This document shows positions 45,078 through 59,319 of a DNA stretch of 64,000 nucleotides, one piece after another. Position 1 is the stretch's first letter; each line of letters opens with the position of its first letter. This DNA comes from the human T2T-CHM13v2.0 reference genome, Homo sapiens, in the NCBI RefSeq assembly GCF_009914755.1, contig NC_060946.1, one strand, 5' to 3'. Made by a program: the position numbers and the translations under genes. The notes below the pieces were generated by a model that saw nothing but the letters and a program-made list of their open reading frames with translations, was not told where the DNA came from and ran no database searches.

Positions 45078-45570
45078 ATTTTAAAAAATAACAATAGATT
45101 TTATTTTTGTGAGCCATTTTAGGTTTATAGACAAATTGAGCAGAAAATACAGAGAGTTCCTATACATGTCCCGCACACCATTTCTCTGTTATTGACATTT
45201 TGCATTGGAGTGGTACGTTGTTAAAATTGATGAGCCGATATTGATACATTGGCCCAAATCTATAATTTCCACCAGGGTTTATGCTTGGTGTTCTGCATTC
45301 TGTAGGTCTGGGCAAATATGACAGGAATCCACCATTACAGTATCCAGAGGAGCTCCCCTGCCCTACAAATCCTCTGTGCTCCACCTGCTCCTCTCTGCCT
45401 CCACCCGAACCTCTGGCAACCACTGTCTTCATAATTTTGCCTTTTTCAGGATGTCGTGTAGTTGGAATCACACAGTCTGTAACTTTTTCAGGTTGGCTTC
45501 TCTCACTTAGCCATAAGCACTTAAGTTTTCTCCATGACTTTCCCTGACCTGATACCTCATTTCTCTTTTT
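45078..45570 (-). mobile_element. L1MC1-type 3' end
   Basis: 'caaattgagcagaaaatacagagagttcc', 'ttgatgagccgatattgatacatt', 'ctggcaaccactg'. Confidence 0.85.
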
Positions 45571-45814
45571 CCCCGAAGCTCTTGCATCTGTTGCCTGTGT
45601 AAGGAAGCTGTATATTGCGCCTGACACCACATCACCCTTCTGACAGCTGTAGTTACCCATAGAATTCTCAGTTCTGCCTGCAACCCAAGGAGACGAGCAT
45701 TCCTGTCTTCATTTTACAGAGATGACAGGATAAGCCATGTGCCGTAAGCCACACAGCTGGACCCCTAAATCCAGGATTCCAGCCCTTGGCCTCCCTGGGC
45801 TACAGGGGCTGCAA

Positions 45815-45913
45815 GGACCAGCGACAGCAGCAGCACCAGGAACCCTGTTACAAATGCAGAGTTTCAGGCCCTTACCCACACCTACTACATCCCGATCTGC
45901 ATTTTAACAAGAA
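45815..45913 (+). mobile_element. MER5A-type hAT remnant
   Basis: 'ggaccagc..cagcacc..gaaccctgttacaaatgcaga..ctgcattttaacaaga'. Confidence 0.65.
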
Positions 45914-47972
45914 CCTGAATGGAGCTTTGTCGTTTCCAAGGCAGAGCCAGCCTCTCCATGGGCACACAGAACTGCATACTTCTGTGGACTTGGGGCAAAT
46001 CTGCTTTATCACACTTTTTACAAAATAGTTAGGGTTCTCACGGTATTTTGCAAGACTACAAGGTAAGAGCTTATCTTGGGATAGGAGGATCCATCTCCAT
46101 TCTGGAGGTGCAAAGAAAATGGGTCTCAGACTTCAAGCTCTGAGCCTCAAATGCTAGACCTCTTCCTCTGCTTTCCTCTCTCCACCACCAGCATTTCATC
46201 CCAGACTCTGCTCAACGCAGCTCAGCAACAGAGAAATGAGAAGGGGACTTGGCTTCAGCAAGAGTGAACTTACTTGGATGCTCCAGGGAGGCAGGAAGGT
46301 GCAGGGGTGGACACTATAGATGTGGAAGGTAGGAATTCTCAGCGTGATTCCCATTCTGGATACCTCCCAGGAACCAGCCTGGAGGATGAGGGCAGGGGCA
46401 GTATAGCCCAGGACACAGGTACAGAGGCGGGAAGTCACCAGCACAGCAGGATGGTCTGTACCACAAGCCATGGAGGGGTGTGGGTGCCACCTTTGGAGAA
46501 GGAAAGAGGTAGCATCTATAGGGAGTGTCCTTTAAGCTGAGTGTTGACAAATGAGAAGGCAGCTTCAGTTCTGCCTCGCTCCAATGATAGCAATCCTTTT
46601 GTTTCTGATTATAATACTGGGTACTTGAACTCTACTGACCTACAATATGCAGTCTCTGTCAACAGTAAGAGCATCTGCCCTTGTAGCAGCCCTCATGCGG
46701 AACAAGATCTCTGACAGACGGCTAGCACATATTACTCTTAATTATCATAACTGCCAACAAGGTTGGTATCATTGCTCCTGTTTTTGGATGGGAAATCAAA
46801 AGTCCAGAGAACATAAGTGTTACTTCCCAGGTCATCCAGCTGCAAATGAGAATGTGTTTGAACTGCCAAGGGTATTTGTGAATTTGAGTGTTGATGTGGG
46901 CTCCACAGTCTGTTGATATTTTTTCATGCAACCCTCACTTATCACCACTGGCTTGTGTTTACTGGGGCTTGCATATATCCAACAGAAGAGGTGGACTAAG
47001 TCAGCATGTGAGCTTTTAAAAAAATTAGCATTTAAATAAAGGAAACAGTCATAAAATGTTGTTCACCAGTAGTAACTCAACTCTGCTTAGGAAACATCAC
47101 TTGGGCACTTATTATGAGCAAGGTGGTCTATTAGGGGTTAAGGTTGTCAGGTTGAGCAAGGTACCTTTATGACAGAAAACACGTACAAATTCAGATTGAG
47201 CATCTGTGATGTGCCTCCTATAGATACAGAAGTGAATGCAGCTAGGACCAGTCAAAATTTTACATTTCGGGGAAAGGCAGTTTGCTCAGCTTAGCTGTTG
47301 ACTAGTCCTAACGTGTTAGGACTGAGTGGCAGCTAGATTTCCTCATATAAGTATGTCCTCTTCCCATGTCAGAGAAATGCCATAAAGGCCAAAAATCATC
47401 TCAGATTTGAAAGCTCTTTGAAATTTATGTAGTGCTAAACAATGCAAGCCATGGTTATTTCGCTTGAGATATTTTCCTGTCTGTAGTTTACAGCTGAATA
47501 ATACTCACAGGGTTTTTTTCACCTTTGTGAGTATTATAGGCATAACTTGCAAAACTGCAAATACAAGGCCTTTGAACGTCAATCAGTCCACCATGTAGCC
47601 TGTGGTGTTGATGGATTATTTCATAGAAAGTTGACTGGGCTCACTTCCTGTTGTGAGGTGAGGCTTTAGGAAGCTGAATAATTCAAGGGATGGTTGATCG
47701 GCTGAGACCATAAATTCTCAGACAAATTTCAACAGAACCTGGAGGCACACTTGTAAATAGATGAGACTGAAAAGGAAACACAGATCCTGTCTTTGACAGA
47801 CAAATGTCTCTCTCCAAGCTAAGAATGCAAGTGCCTTATAGGGGCCTGAACTTAATTTATAGCCTTGAGATAGAGCCCCAGACCTCAGAAGAGAAGGAGT
47901 TTGGGCCACCTTCTCATCCAAGGTCACGTCCATACCACACGCCCAGCATCCCTAACACATAACCATTCAGCC

Positions 47973-48290
47973 TGTGTCAGTTATCAACTGCCGCATAACA
48001 AATGCCCCCATTCCTTGTGACTTAGAACAATACATGCACTTGCATGATTCTGAGCTTGGTGTCCTGGTCCCTGCTGGTCTCACCTGAGCCCACTCAGGTG
48101 ACAACCCTAAGCAGCCAGCTTGGTGGAGGAAGGGGCATCCCGGCCTACTGGGGTGGCTCTTTCTTGCTCCATACAGTCTCTCATGCTCCAGGAGACTGAG
48201 AACAAGCTTTGCAATATGATGGCAGACGTGTTCTGAGAGAGATAGCAGATGCCATAAAACCCAAGGTCTACCCTACACAGTCAAATTGAC
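47973..48290 (-). mobile_element. Old MLT1 (H/I-like) LTR
   Basis: 'tgtgtcagttatcaactgccgcataacaaa..gtgacttagaacaa', 'gtctctcatgctccaggagactg'. Confidence 0.6.
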
Positions 48291-48834
48291 AAGTATGAAG
48301 AATCTCAAGACATGGAAATAGGCAGATGTAATGCTTATGGCCTGTGCCCTTGTAATTACACTTTTTATCTTGAGATAATTGTAGAATCACATTCACATAC
48401 CATTATAAGATATATAATACAGAAAAAACTCATGTACCCTTTACTCAGTTTCCCCTACAGGCAACATCTTGCAAAATCATAGCACATTATCATAACCAGG
48501 ATATTGACATTGACAAGGTCAAGTCACAGAAAATTTCTATCATCCAGCGATCCTTGGAGTCTAGGAGTTGGAAACAAGCCAATAAGCCAGCGATTCCCAC
48601 CAGCAAGGGCATCCTCAAATGCCCTTTTGTAACCACACCCATTCCTTCCTGCACCCCACCGTCCTCAATGCCTGGCACCACTAATCTCGTCTCTATTTCT
48701 AGAATGTGGTCATTTCAAGGCTATTATAATAATGGAATTGTGGCATATGTAACGTTCGAGGGTTGGGTTTTTTTTTTCACTCAGCATAATGCTCTGGAAA
48801 TTTAGGGAAGTTGTTTGTTTCTTTTTACTACTGA

Positions 48835-49132
<298 letters not shown>

Positions 49133-49530
49133 GATACTTTTTTTTTTTTTTTAACGATTTACTTGTTACAAGCTATCTGGGTTGTTTTCAGTTTGGGGCT
49201 ATTTTGAACAACAACAAAAAAAACTGTTGTAAACATTTGTATACAGGATTTTGTGTGAACATAAATCTTCATTTCTCTGGGATACATACCCAGGAATACA
49301 GTTGCTGGGTTCCATGGTTAATTTTTAAGAAATTGCCAAACTGTTTTCCAGAGTGGCTCTACCATTTAACATTCCCACCAGCAATGCATGAATGATTCAA
49401 TTTCTACGTATCCTTGACAGCATTTGGTGTTGTCACTTTTTTTGTTTTAGCCATTTTGGTAGATGTGTAATGAAATCCAAATGTGGTTTAATATTTCTTC
49501 ATGTCTTCTGAATTCTAGCTGTTTTTTAAA

Positions 49531-49700
49531 TTTTATTTTATTTGATTTTTATAGAGTCAGTGTCTCTCTCTCACATTCAGGCCGGAGTGCAGTGGTGCAA
49601 TTATAGCTCACTGCAGCCTCAAACTCCTGGCCTCAAGTGATCCTCCCACCTTGGCCCCTCAATGTGCTGGGGTTACAGGTGTGAGCCACCATGCCTGGCC
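49531..49700 (-). mobile_element. Alu monomer (FRAM-like / collapsed AluJ)
   Basis: Right-arm 3' portion joined to left-arm 5' portion. Confidence 0.85.
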
Positions 49701-50598
49701 ATGGATTTTTTTTATATGGTTGAGTTTTGAGAGTTCTGGCAGGAGTGAGGCAGTGCCCCTCTTCTGCTGCTGGGACAGTATCAGAAAAAAACAGATAAGA
49801 GCAAAGTTTTAAATAAGACTCAAAGTTTCAGAATATAATACAAAAATGTCCAGGTTTCAGTGGAAAATCATCCACTCTACTATGAACAGATGAACTCAAA
49901 CTAAAGGAAAAAAAAATCAATAGATGCTAACACCTAGAAGACGGAGATGCTAGAACTATCTGACAAGGATTTCAAAGCAGCCACAATAAAAATGTTTCAA
50001 TGGGCAATTACAATTACATTTAAACAAGTGAAGACACAAAATGCCTCAACAAAGAAATACAAAGTCTCAGCAAAGAAATAGGAGATATAAAAAGTACTAA
50101 ATGAAAATTTGAGAACTGAAAAATACTATAACCAACACGAAAAGCTCAGTGGATGGCTTGACAGCAGAATGGAGGGGATTGAGGAGAAAATCATTAAAGT
50201 GGAAAATAGAGCAATAGAAATTACCCAATCTGAGCTAGAGAAATAAAATAGAATGAAAAAAATGAATAGACTCTCAGGGACCAGTGGGACTATAACAGAA
50301 GATCTAATATTCTTGTGATCAGAATTCTGAAAGGAGAGTGGAAAGAAGATACCTTAAAGCATATAAATAAAGGGTTTTGGGAAAAGAAATAGGACAAAAT
50401 CTTCAGGACCTACAGTTAGGCAAAGAGTTCATAGACTTGACACCATAAACATAATACATAAATGGAAAAGCTAATAACTGACTTCATCAACATTAAAAAC
50501 TCAATCTGTGAAAGACCCTGCTAAGAGGCTGAAGATGTTCTAGTATCTAGAATATGTACAGAACTCTCAAAACTCAACCACATAAAAAAAAAATCCAC

Positions 50599-50740
50599 GG
50601 CCACGTATGGTGGCTCACACCTGTAATCCCAGCACATTGGGAGGCCAAGGTGGGAGGATGACTTAAGCCTACGAGTTGGAAACAAGCCTGAGCAACAGAG
50701 TGAGACCTCATCTCTATAAAAGAAATAAAAAATTAGCAGA
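50599..50740 (+). mobile_element. Alu left monomer (AluJ/FLAM-like)
   Basis: ggccacgtatggtggctcacacctgtaatcccagcacattggg..aaaaattagc. Confidence 0.85.
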
Positions 50741-51078
50741 TCACGAACAGTGGTGAAAATCCGACTCTTCCCTGGGCCTCCTCTGTTACCCTGATGGGCT
50801 GGGAGGGGCGCTCCATTCCTCCTCAATCGGGGTGGAGTCTGGGGTATATGATGCCAAAGGAAACCCCAGGGACTCACCATCCTGACACTCCCTGGGTCCT
50901 GAGGCCCCTAGTTGGCCTGCCTTTACCAGAATCTTCTCATGCCTGCTTTATGTATAACACCCAGGGTTTTCATAATGTCTAGGGGGCGTAAGAAAGAATA
51001 CATCTTCCCAAAGCAGATGTCATTCACAGTGGTCGCTTTTACAGTAAACTAAAGTTTTCTTGTGAGGATTGAAGAAAT

Positions 51079-51296
51079 TGTGTGGTGTGTGTGTGTGAGA
51101 GAGAGAAAGAGAGACAGTGACAGTAACTGACCAACACAACCACAACCACCAAACACGCCACATACCACACAACACACATGACACCCACCACACATACAAC
51201 ACACTGCATACCACACATACACACCACACAGTACACATGTAACACACACCACACAGCACATACACACCACATGGCACATATCACATAACACGCACA

Positions 51297-51327
<31 letters not shown>
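51079..51327. repeat. Compound TG/GA then degenerate CA-rich repeat ending in pure (CA)n
   Basis: Direct inspection. Confidence 0.95.
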
Positions 51328-51330
<3 letters not shown>

Positions 51331-52219
51331 CATCTGAGAGGCAATGGCAAGCAGGCAGCACTGGAATTCCCCCGGGGTCCATGAGGCCTGGGAAGGAACT
51401 GGAGTGTCATGTCTGAACCAGGCTCAGGTCGGGGTGGGGCCGGCATCCATGCCAGGTAGAGCAGCTGCCAGGCCAAGGAGGCAGGGACACTGTGTGGGCT
51501 GCCACTCACATCTCCTGAGGCTGCATTCCTCCACCATGTCCATGACCCAAGCATTGTCCTCTGTGCCTGGACCTGGGAGGACTCCTGGGGGTGGTTTCCT
51601 GCACTGAGACTCTGCGTGAGCAGCAGAAGTGGCCTGTGGTTGGTTTCACTGCCGCCGATGCCTTGCCCAGCTGCTGGCAGGACCCTGGCAGGACCCTGGC
51701 AGGAAGAGTAGCGCCTGGTCCTAGCAGGTGGAGGTGACATCCAGAAGCCCCAGGTGGGTGTACGCACATCTTGTGTCCGCCTGCTCTGGCCTTTGAGGCA
51801 TCGACACGCCGTGCTTCCTACCCGCAGGGAGGACCAGGCCGCCCGGTTATGGCAGTGAGTAGGTGATGTGTGGCGCAGGTGCTGCCCAGGGCTGGGCAGG
51901 TAGGGGCTTCTCTGCCTGTGGCCTTGGGGCCCTGCAGCCCCACCTGAGTGCAGAAAATGCCCAGGCCCTACCCTTGCCATCAGCCCATGCCCACCTGGCC
52001 CTTACCTGGGGATCTGCCATGTATCAGCTGTGATCATGGGACTGTGGCCTGGGCAGCCTCCCTGGCCCTCCAGCTGGAACTGTGGGTGGGAATGGAAGGG
52101 GCTGAGGCCTTTCCCAAGGAAGTTCTTAGCCCATTCCCCAAAAAGGACCCAGAGAATATTTTGGCTTCTGTTTCAGAACAAACTCCTTCTAAATAAATAA
52201 ATAAATAAATAAATAAATA

Positions 52220-52556
52220 CAGTCGTGTGTTGCTTAAAGACAGGAATATGCTCTGAGAAATGCACCTGTGGGTGATTTTATGGCTATGTGAACATCACAG
52301 GGTGCACTCACACACACCTGGGCGGCACAGCCTCCTACACACCGAGGCTATGTGGTATGGCCAGTTGCTCCTGGGCCATGCACCTGTTCAGTGTGTGACT
52401 GTATAGATCCTGCAGGAGACTGCAGCACAATGGCAAGTACTGTGCCATCTAAACAAAGAAAAGGCACAGTGAAGGTGGAGCGTCCTAATCTCAGGAGACG
52501 ACCTTTGTTTGTGAGGTCTATTATTGAGAGAAATCTCATTTAATGGCACGTGATTG
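52220..52556 (+). mobile_element. Tigger3a (MER7/Golem) MITE
   Basis: ta-cagtcgtgtgttgcttaa..ctgagaaatgc..gaacatcacagggtgcactcacac..atctaaacaaagaaaaggcacagtgaa..gcacgtgattg. Confidence 0.85.
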
Positions 52557-52557
52557 T

Positions 52558-52770
52558 CAGTAGGTAGGTAGATAGGTAGGTAGATAGACGGATAGATAGA
52601 TAGTTGAATAGATAGGCAGATAGATGATAGATAGATAGATAGATAGATAGACGGATAGATAGATGGATGGATACATAGACTGATAGACTGCAGACAGACG
52701 ATAGATTGACAGACAGACGGATAGGTAGATGGATAGGCAGACAGATAGATGGATAGATAGATTGACAGAC

Positions 52771-52821
<51 letters not shown>

Positions 52822-52974
52822 CGGATAGACAGATAGATGGATAGATAGATAGATGGATAGATAGACTGATAGACAGATAGACGGATAGACGGATAGGTAG
52901 ATAGATGGATAGATAGACGGATAGGCGGATAGATAGACAGACGGATAGATAGATGGATAGATAGATGGATAGAT

Positions 52975-53016
<42 letters not shown>

Positions 53017-53017
53017 C
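52558..53017. repeat. Long compound (GATA/GACA/GATG/GACG)n tetranucleotide STR, ~460 bp
   Basis: Direct inspection; several pure GATA runs. Confidence 0.98.
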
Positions 53018-54105
53018 ATTGTTTCTTTTTATTGGCATCAGCAGAGTCTGAAATGAGAACTACAGAAACAATCCCAGCCCCCAGCCCCCAGCCAGAAGGA
53101 ACCTGAAGTTTCAGGGCTAAGGAGCAGATGTGTTGCCAGGAAACTTAACCCCCACACCAGCCTCAGCCTCAGATGCAGCCTGTGTTTAGTGGAGCTGGCT
53201 TAAAAAAAAACACATAATAAAGCAGGGATGGTAGGGGGTGCTGATTCCTTGAGTATTTGCTGGAAGCATGAGTAATCATGGCTCAGTGAAGTGACACTGA
53301 AATGCTGTTTTCCCTTTATTGTCATTAACGTTGATAGCGGTGACAACCCCCAGTCCTGTGTTTCTGTGGCGTGCATGTGTCAGAACTCCCAGAACTTTAC
53401 CAGCAGCCGCTCTTCTGTGCAATGCGCAGAGCAGTGGGTGGGAGAAGGCGTCTCAGGTCCTCATCCCAGGGCTTGGCAGGAAAACGGGGCTGGATCGGAT
53501 TCAGGAGACCAGCTCCCTCTACCTGTTTCTGCTCCCCTTTACCCAGGCAGCCTTGGGTGAGACACAGGTCGTCCCAGAACCTCAGTGTCATCCTCTGTAA
53601 AATGAAGAAATTGGATGCCACCCTTAGGAAAATCTTTCTGGTTATGATATTCTGTGTATGAGCCACTAACTGAATAACTGAAGTCAGACAAACTCCCGTT
53701 GTCTAAATTATCTGAAAAATCTCAGGCTGTGAAGCTGAACAGATGGATGAATTTAATAAATGCATCAAGGATCGTTGCTATGGCAGTTTCGTGATCTGTA
53801 AAATGGGTTTCATGATGACCTTTTTGGGCATTCTAAGATTCAGAGCAATGAAATTTTCAAAGCTCTCAGCTCAGTGCTAGGCACATGGTAGACAGGAAGT
53901 CAAACTCAGCTGTTGTTCAAGCTGGATTCATGTCCAGACCCTGCCACCAAATCGCCAGGTAGTTCCCCCGTGAGAGAAGGTGAATTCTGCTCAGTCTCCC
54001 CAGTCCCCAGTCCAGCAAGGGTTCTGAGCACAGTGAGGTTGGGGACGCCTGTTCAGGAGCTGAGCTCTGGTCTCTGAGCTTCATTCTGGGCTGAGCTGGC
54101 TGTGA

Positions 54106-54707
<602 letters not shown>

Positions 54708-55601
54708 TGACCTGAGCTTAGATCTCCTGAACCGGCGTCCCAAACCTCACTGTGCTCGGGATGCTTGCTATACAGGGAACTGGGACACTGGGCAGAATTC
54801 ACCTTCTCTCACAGGGGAGCAAAGTTGCTCGGCAATTTGGTGGCAGGGCCTGGACGTGAATTCAGCTTGAACAGCCACTGACTTTGATTTCCTGTCTACA
54901 TGTGCCTGGCACTGAACTGAGTGCTACGAAGGTCTCATTGCTTTGAATCTTATAAGCCATTTCTTCCCATTATAAAAACATATAGAAGTTAGTCTAAGAA
55001 ACCCATGAATTTGTGCTAGGGAGTGGATTCAGAGCCCAGGAGCCCAGAAAGGTGAGCTCCTGGGTGACTCCAAGGACCAGGGTCCTCTCCTGGCCTCCGC
55101 TCTGCATTTGACAGTGAGGAGCTTCCCAGAACTCTTTCTGCCAAAGCCACGTCCACCCCCGGCATGGGATTCTGGGTCTGAGCAGAGGGGACCCTCGGAC
55201 TTCCTTGAGGCCTGTGCCTGGTAGCAGCCTCATAACCAGCTCCAAGGTTTTTCTTTTTGAATGTGTACAAGTGATGCTCTCTGACGCCCAAATGCTCTCA
55301 TCTCGATGCTTGGTGTCAGTTTTAAATTTGATTTCCATGACATAGAGCTTCGGACATAGGATGAGAGTTACCCCTAAGTGTGGGATGCAGCTCAGGAGAT
55401 ACCATTATTAAAAACATCAGTCCACGCATACACACGGCTTCTCTCTTCATGCTCCTTCCTGACAGGAAGCCCGGGCAAGATGTATTCTTATTCTTTCACT
55501 ATTGTTGCTACTCCTGTCTTTCCCTTCCCACACTGAGGTTCAGCGCTGTCTACACTGGGGGGTGCCCTCTGCTCCCTGAGCTGGAGGTAAGTCTCATTTC
55601 T

Positions 55602-56340
55602 TGTAGTGGGTTGAATGATGATTCCCAAAATACCACGTCCACATTGTAGCCCCTGGGACCTGTGAATCTGAGCTTATTTGGTGAAAAGGTCCTTGCAGAT
55701 GCAATTAAGAATCTTGTGGGCGGGCACAGTGGCTCGCACCTGTAATCCCAGCATTTTGGGAGGCTGAGGCAGGTGGAACAACTGAGTCCAGGAGTTCGAG
55801 ACCAGCCTGGCCAACATGGTGAAATCCCATCTCTACTAAAAATATAAAAATTAACTGGACATGGTGGTGCATGCCTGTAATTCCAGCTACTCAGGAGGCT
55901 GAGGCAGGAGAATCTCTTAACCTGGGAGGCAGAGGTTGCAGTTAGCCGAGATCGTGCCATTACACTCCAGCCTGGGCAACAGAGCAAGATCTTGTCTCAC
56001 AAAAAAAAAAAAAAAAGAGTCTTGTGATGAGCTCATCTGGATTAGGGTGGGTCCTAAATCCAATGACAAGCGTCCCTAGAAAAGATGGGGAGAAGCACAA
56101 GGGGAGGCCACATGAAGATGGAGACAGAGATGGGGGTGGTGCCTCTACAGGCCTGAAGTACCCAGAAGCTGGAAAGGGGCCTGGAATAGACTTTCCCTCA
56201 GAGCCTGCAGACGGAGACAACCCTGCCGTCACCTCCATCTGGGGTTTCTAGCCTTCAGAACTGTGAGGGAGTCCATGCCTGTTGTTTTAACACCACCTTG
56301 TTTGGGTTAATTTATTAGGGCAGCTGTAGGTAACTAACAC
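55602..56340 (+). mobile_element. MLT1C-type LTR interrupted by Alu
   Basis: 'tgtagtgggttgaat..ggacctgtgaat..cttatttgg', 'ggattagggtgggtcctaaatccaatgac', 'ccagaagctggaaagggg', end 'actaacac'. Confidence 0.88.
55718..56016 (+). mobile_element. AluS
   Basis: TSD aaga(a/g)tcttgt. Confidence 0.95.
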
Positions 56341-58097
56341 ATCCTGAATCCACAGCCTGGGAGCTTCCCCCTCTTGGAAGTGCCTCTGGGCTTCTCCATG
56401 GCTCCGCTGGGCTGGAACAGGCTGGGGGAAAGGGTCCCCTCCGTTCAAGGTGGGTACTCAGGGGCTGTTGCCTCTGTGCTCAGTCCATGCTAAAGACAAA
56501 GCCAGAGGCTGGCTCCTGTGCCTGGCCCTGGCCCAGTGATGGTCCTGGATCGCTCTCCTGCCCTGCTGGTGGACTCTTCCTTTTGCGGGGCCTACAGCCT
56601 TCCTGACTGTGGGGCTGAGAACTGCGTCAGCATGAACCGAGCCCACCTTGCATCCTAAGCTGTTAGTGAGACGCTCCAACTCCTGATTCCCTCAGCAGTA
56701 GATGACATGGTCCTCATGGCCTCCTCACTTGTGCTGAGACCCTGATGTGAGAAGAAATTTAAATCTCTTCTGCAAGGTCATGTGTTGGGAGGAGCCGTGC
56801 AAGGTTCAGCTGACTCACAGAGGCCCATGCTGAAGCCTGAGGCTTCTGCCAGGGCTGGATGCAGGCAGGCAGCTCACAGCAGGGTACCTCTGGAGCTTGG
56901 CATGCCCATGAGATGCAGTGACGCACCTGCAGGCCAGCATGGGCTGCCCAGATCCTGCAGGGAGCAAGTGGGAAGGTCCAGACCCCTGGACCAGGAGTGA
57001 GAGCCTGCCACAGTGTCCCTGCCAATTATGAGAACATTCTCCTTTAATTAATCCCAAATACCTACCTCTGAAAACTCATCATTGCCACTTGGCCAGAAAA
57101 TATACATCCTTATGATGCTCAGTATGGAGACTTGGGACAGGTTCTGGAGAAAGATGACGAGAGTAAAATTAACAAGGGTGCATTTTAGAAACTGTGATAT
57201 TTAAAAGGCAGTTTGTCCTCCATCAGAAAATTTGACATTTAAAAACCACTTTCGATTTTTCTAAAAGAAAAAAAAAAAAAAGAAAGGTCTATTCCTGCCC
57301 AGAGAGGAAAATGTATAAAACTGTGAGAGATTTGCCTGGAGAAAATCACATTTTCATTTTCTCTCTTTGAAAAGTTGAATTGCAAGAGGAAAGGTAAGGT
57401 TCTGCCAAGGCTGCAGGTGGGAAGAGGGGTGAGGAGGAACCAGCACTGAGGCCTGCTCAAAGGCTCACCTTCACTGAAAATTCAGAACAGAGCTGCTGAG
57501 TGGCTGGCCCTGGAAGTGCTGTTTCCCTGAAATGAGATATTGAACAATCTTAGTGGATTAGAGCCCCACAGCTGGAAATTTTCATAAAATGATCTGACTA
57601 CGAGAGGCTCTGGAGTTATGGCGCAGATCTTGTGGCTTCTTTTGCTATTGCTTTCTCTTTGCTTTTTTTTTTTTTTTCCTGCTTTTAGCATCTATGAAGG
57701 TCCTGCATAGGAACAGCTCTGAGGTTCCAGGAGCACGCATGGTGCCAAGGCGCTTTGTCTTGTAGCTGGAGACAGCTGTGTCCACAGAGCCCAGACATGC
57801 AGATTTTAGAAGAGCACATGGCAGTGTTTCTTATGATTTTCTGTGGATGAGAGAAGTCCCTTGGAGGTCATCACTCCGGGACGTCCAGGGGGCAAGGAGG
57901 CACAAGAGTAGGGGTGTGGGCTCCGGATTTAGGAGTTAAGCTGCATGACCTGGAGCCTTCCTCAGCCCTGCTCATGCACACACCCTCCTCTGAGCAACAT
58001 GGAAAATGACACCAACCTGCTGCAGTTTCTTCAGGATTGGAGGGCGTGTGCACATCCCCTGCCACGGCATCCTCAGCAACAAGAAGCTGCCATTTTC

Positions 58098-58538
<441 letters not shown>

Positions 58539-58707
58539 CTACTGACAAATATCTGTTGGGTGTCAGGTCTGTGTGCATAGCAGAGGCCCCTGGAGCATTC
58601 AGAGTGAAAATCCCCAGAGAACATTCCAGGGTGGGCTAGGCTGAAAGCATAGACCACAAGAAAAAAGGGGGTGCACACTGACCCCCAGAAACACGGGAGA
58701 GAGCAGG

Positions 58708-58793
58708 TTGAAGAAATCGCTCGTTTCTGTTCAACATCGTCATCAAGGACTTGAAGAAATCACTCGTTTCTGTTCAACATCGTCATCAAGCAC
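58708..58793. repeat. 43-bp tandem duplication in unique sequence
   Basis: ttgaagaaatc(g/a)ctcgtttctgttcaacatcgtcatcaag(g/c)ac x2. Confidence 0.95.
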
Positions 58794-58814
58794 AGAGGGG
58801 ACATCTGTAAAATG

Positions 58815-59319
58815 CTCCAATATTATTCAGCCTCAAACAAGAAGGAAATTCTACCATTTGTCTCAATGTGGGTGAATCTGGAGGACATTGCTAAGCGAAA
58901 TGAACCAGGCACAGAAAGGTATTAATAACAACCATACAGTCACACTCGTATGTGGATTCCAGGAGAGTCAAACTCAAAAGCAGAGAGTAGATTGGTGGTT
59001 CCCAGAGGCTGGGGTGAGGGTCAGGGACGGGCAGATGCTGGTCGAAGGAATCAGCCCGATGAAAGGAATAGGTTCTGGAGATCCATCGCCCAGCATTGTG
59101 ATTACACTTCATCATTACGTATTGTATGTTCCAAAATTGCTAAAAGAGTGGATTTAAATGTTCTCACCACAAAGAAATAAAAGGTATGTGAGGTGGTGGA
59201 TATATGAATCTAGCCTGACTCGACCATTCCACAATGTATACATATATAGAAACATTACATTGTACCTCATGCATATATACAATTGTTTGTCAAATTTAAA
59301 ATAAGACATTAAAAAAAAA
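58815..59319 (+). mobile_element. L1MA 3' end
   Basis: 'tattattcagcc..aagaaggaaattct..ctggaggacattgctaagcgaaatgaaccaggcacagaaag', 'aaaattgctaaaagagtggattt..ttctcaccaca'. Confidence 0.9.

Noticed and set aside
51039-51980. Longest ORF (313 aa, minus)
   Set aside because: Runs through GC-rich sequence and a CA/TG repeat; low-complexity V/C tail, no recognisable domain
52388-53038. 216-aa and 159-aa 'IYLS' ORFs
   Set aside because: Translation of the GATA tetranucleotide repeat
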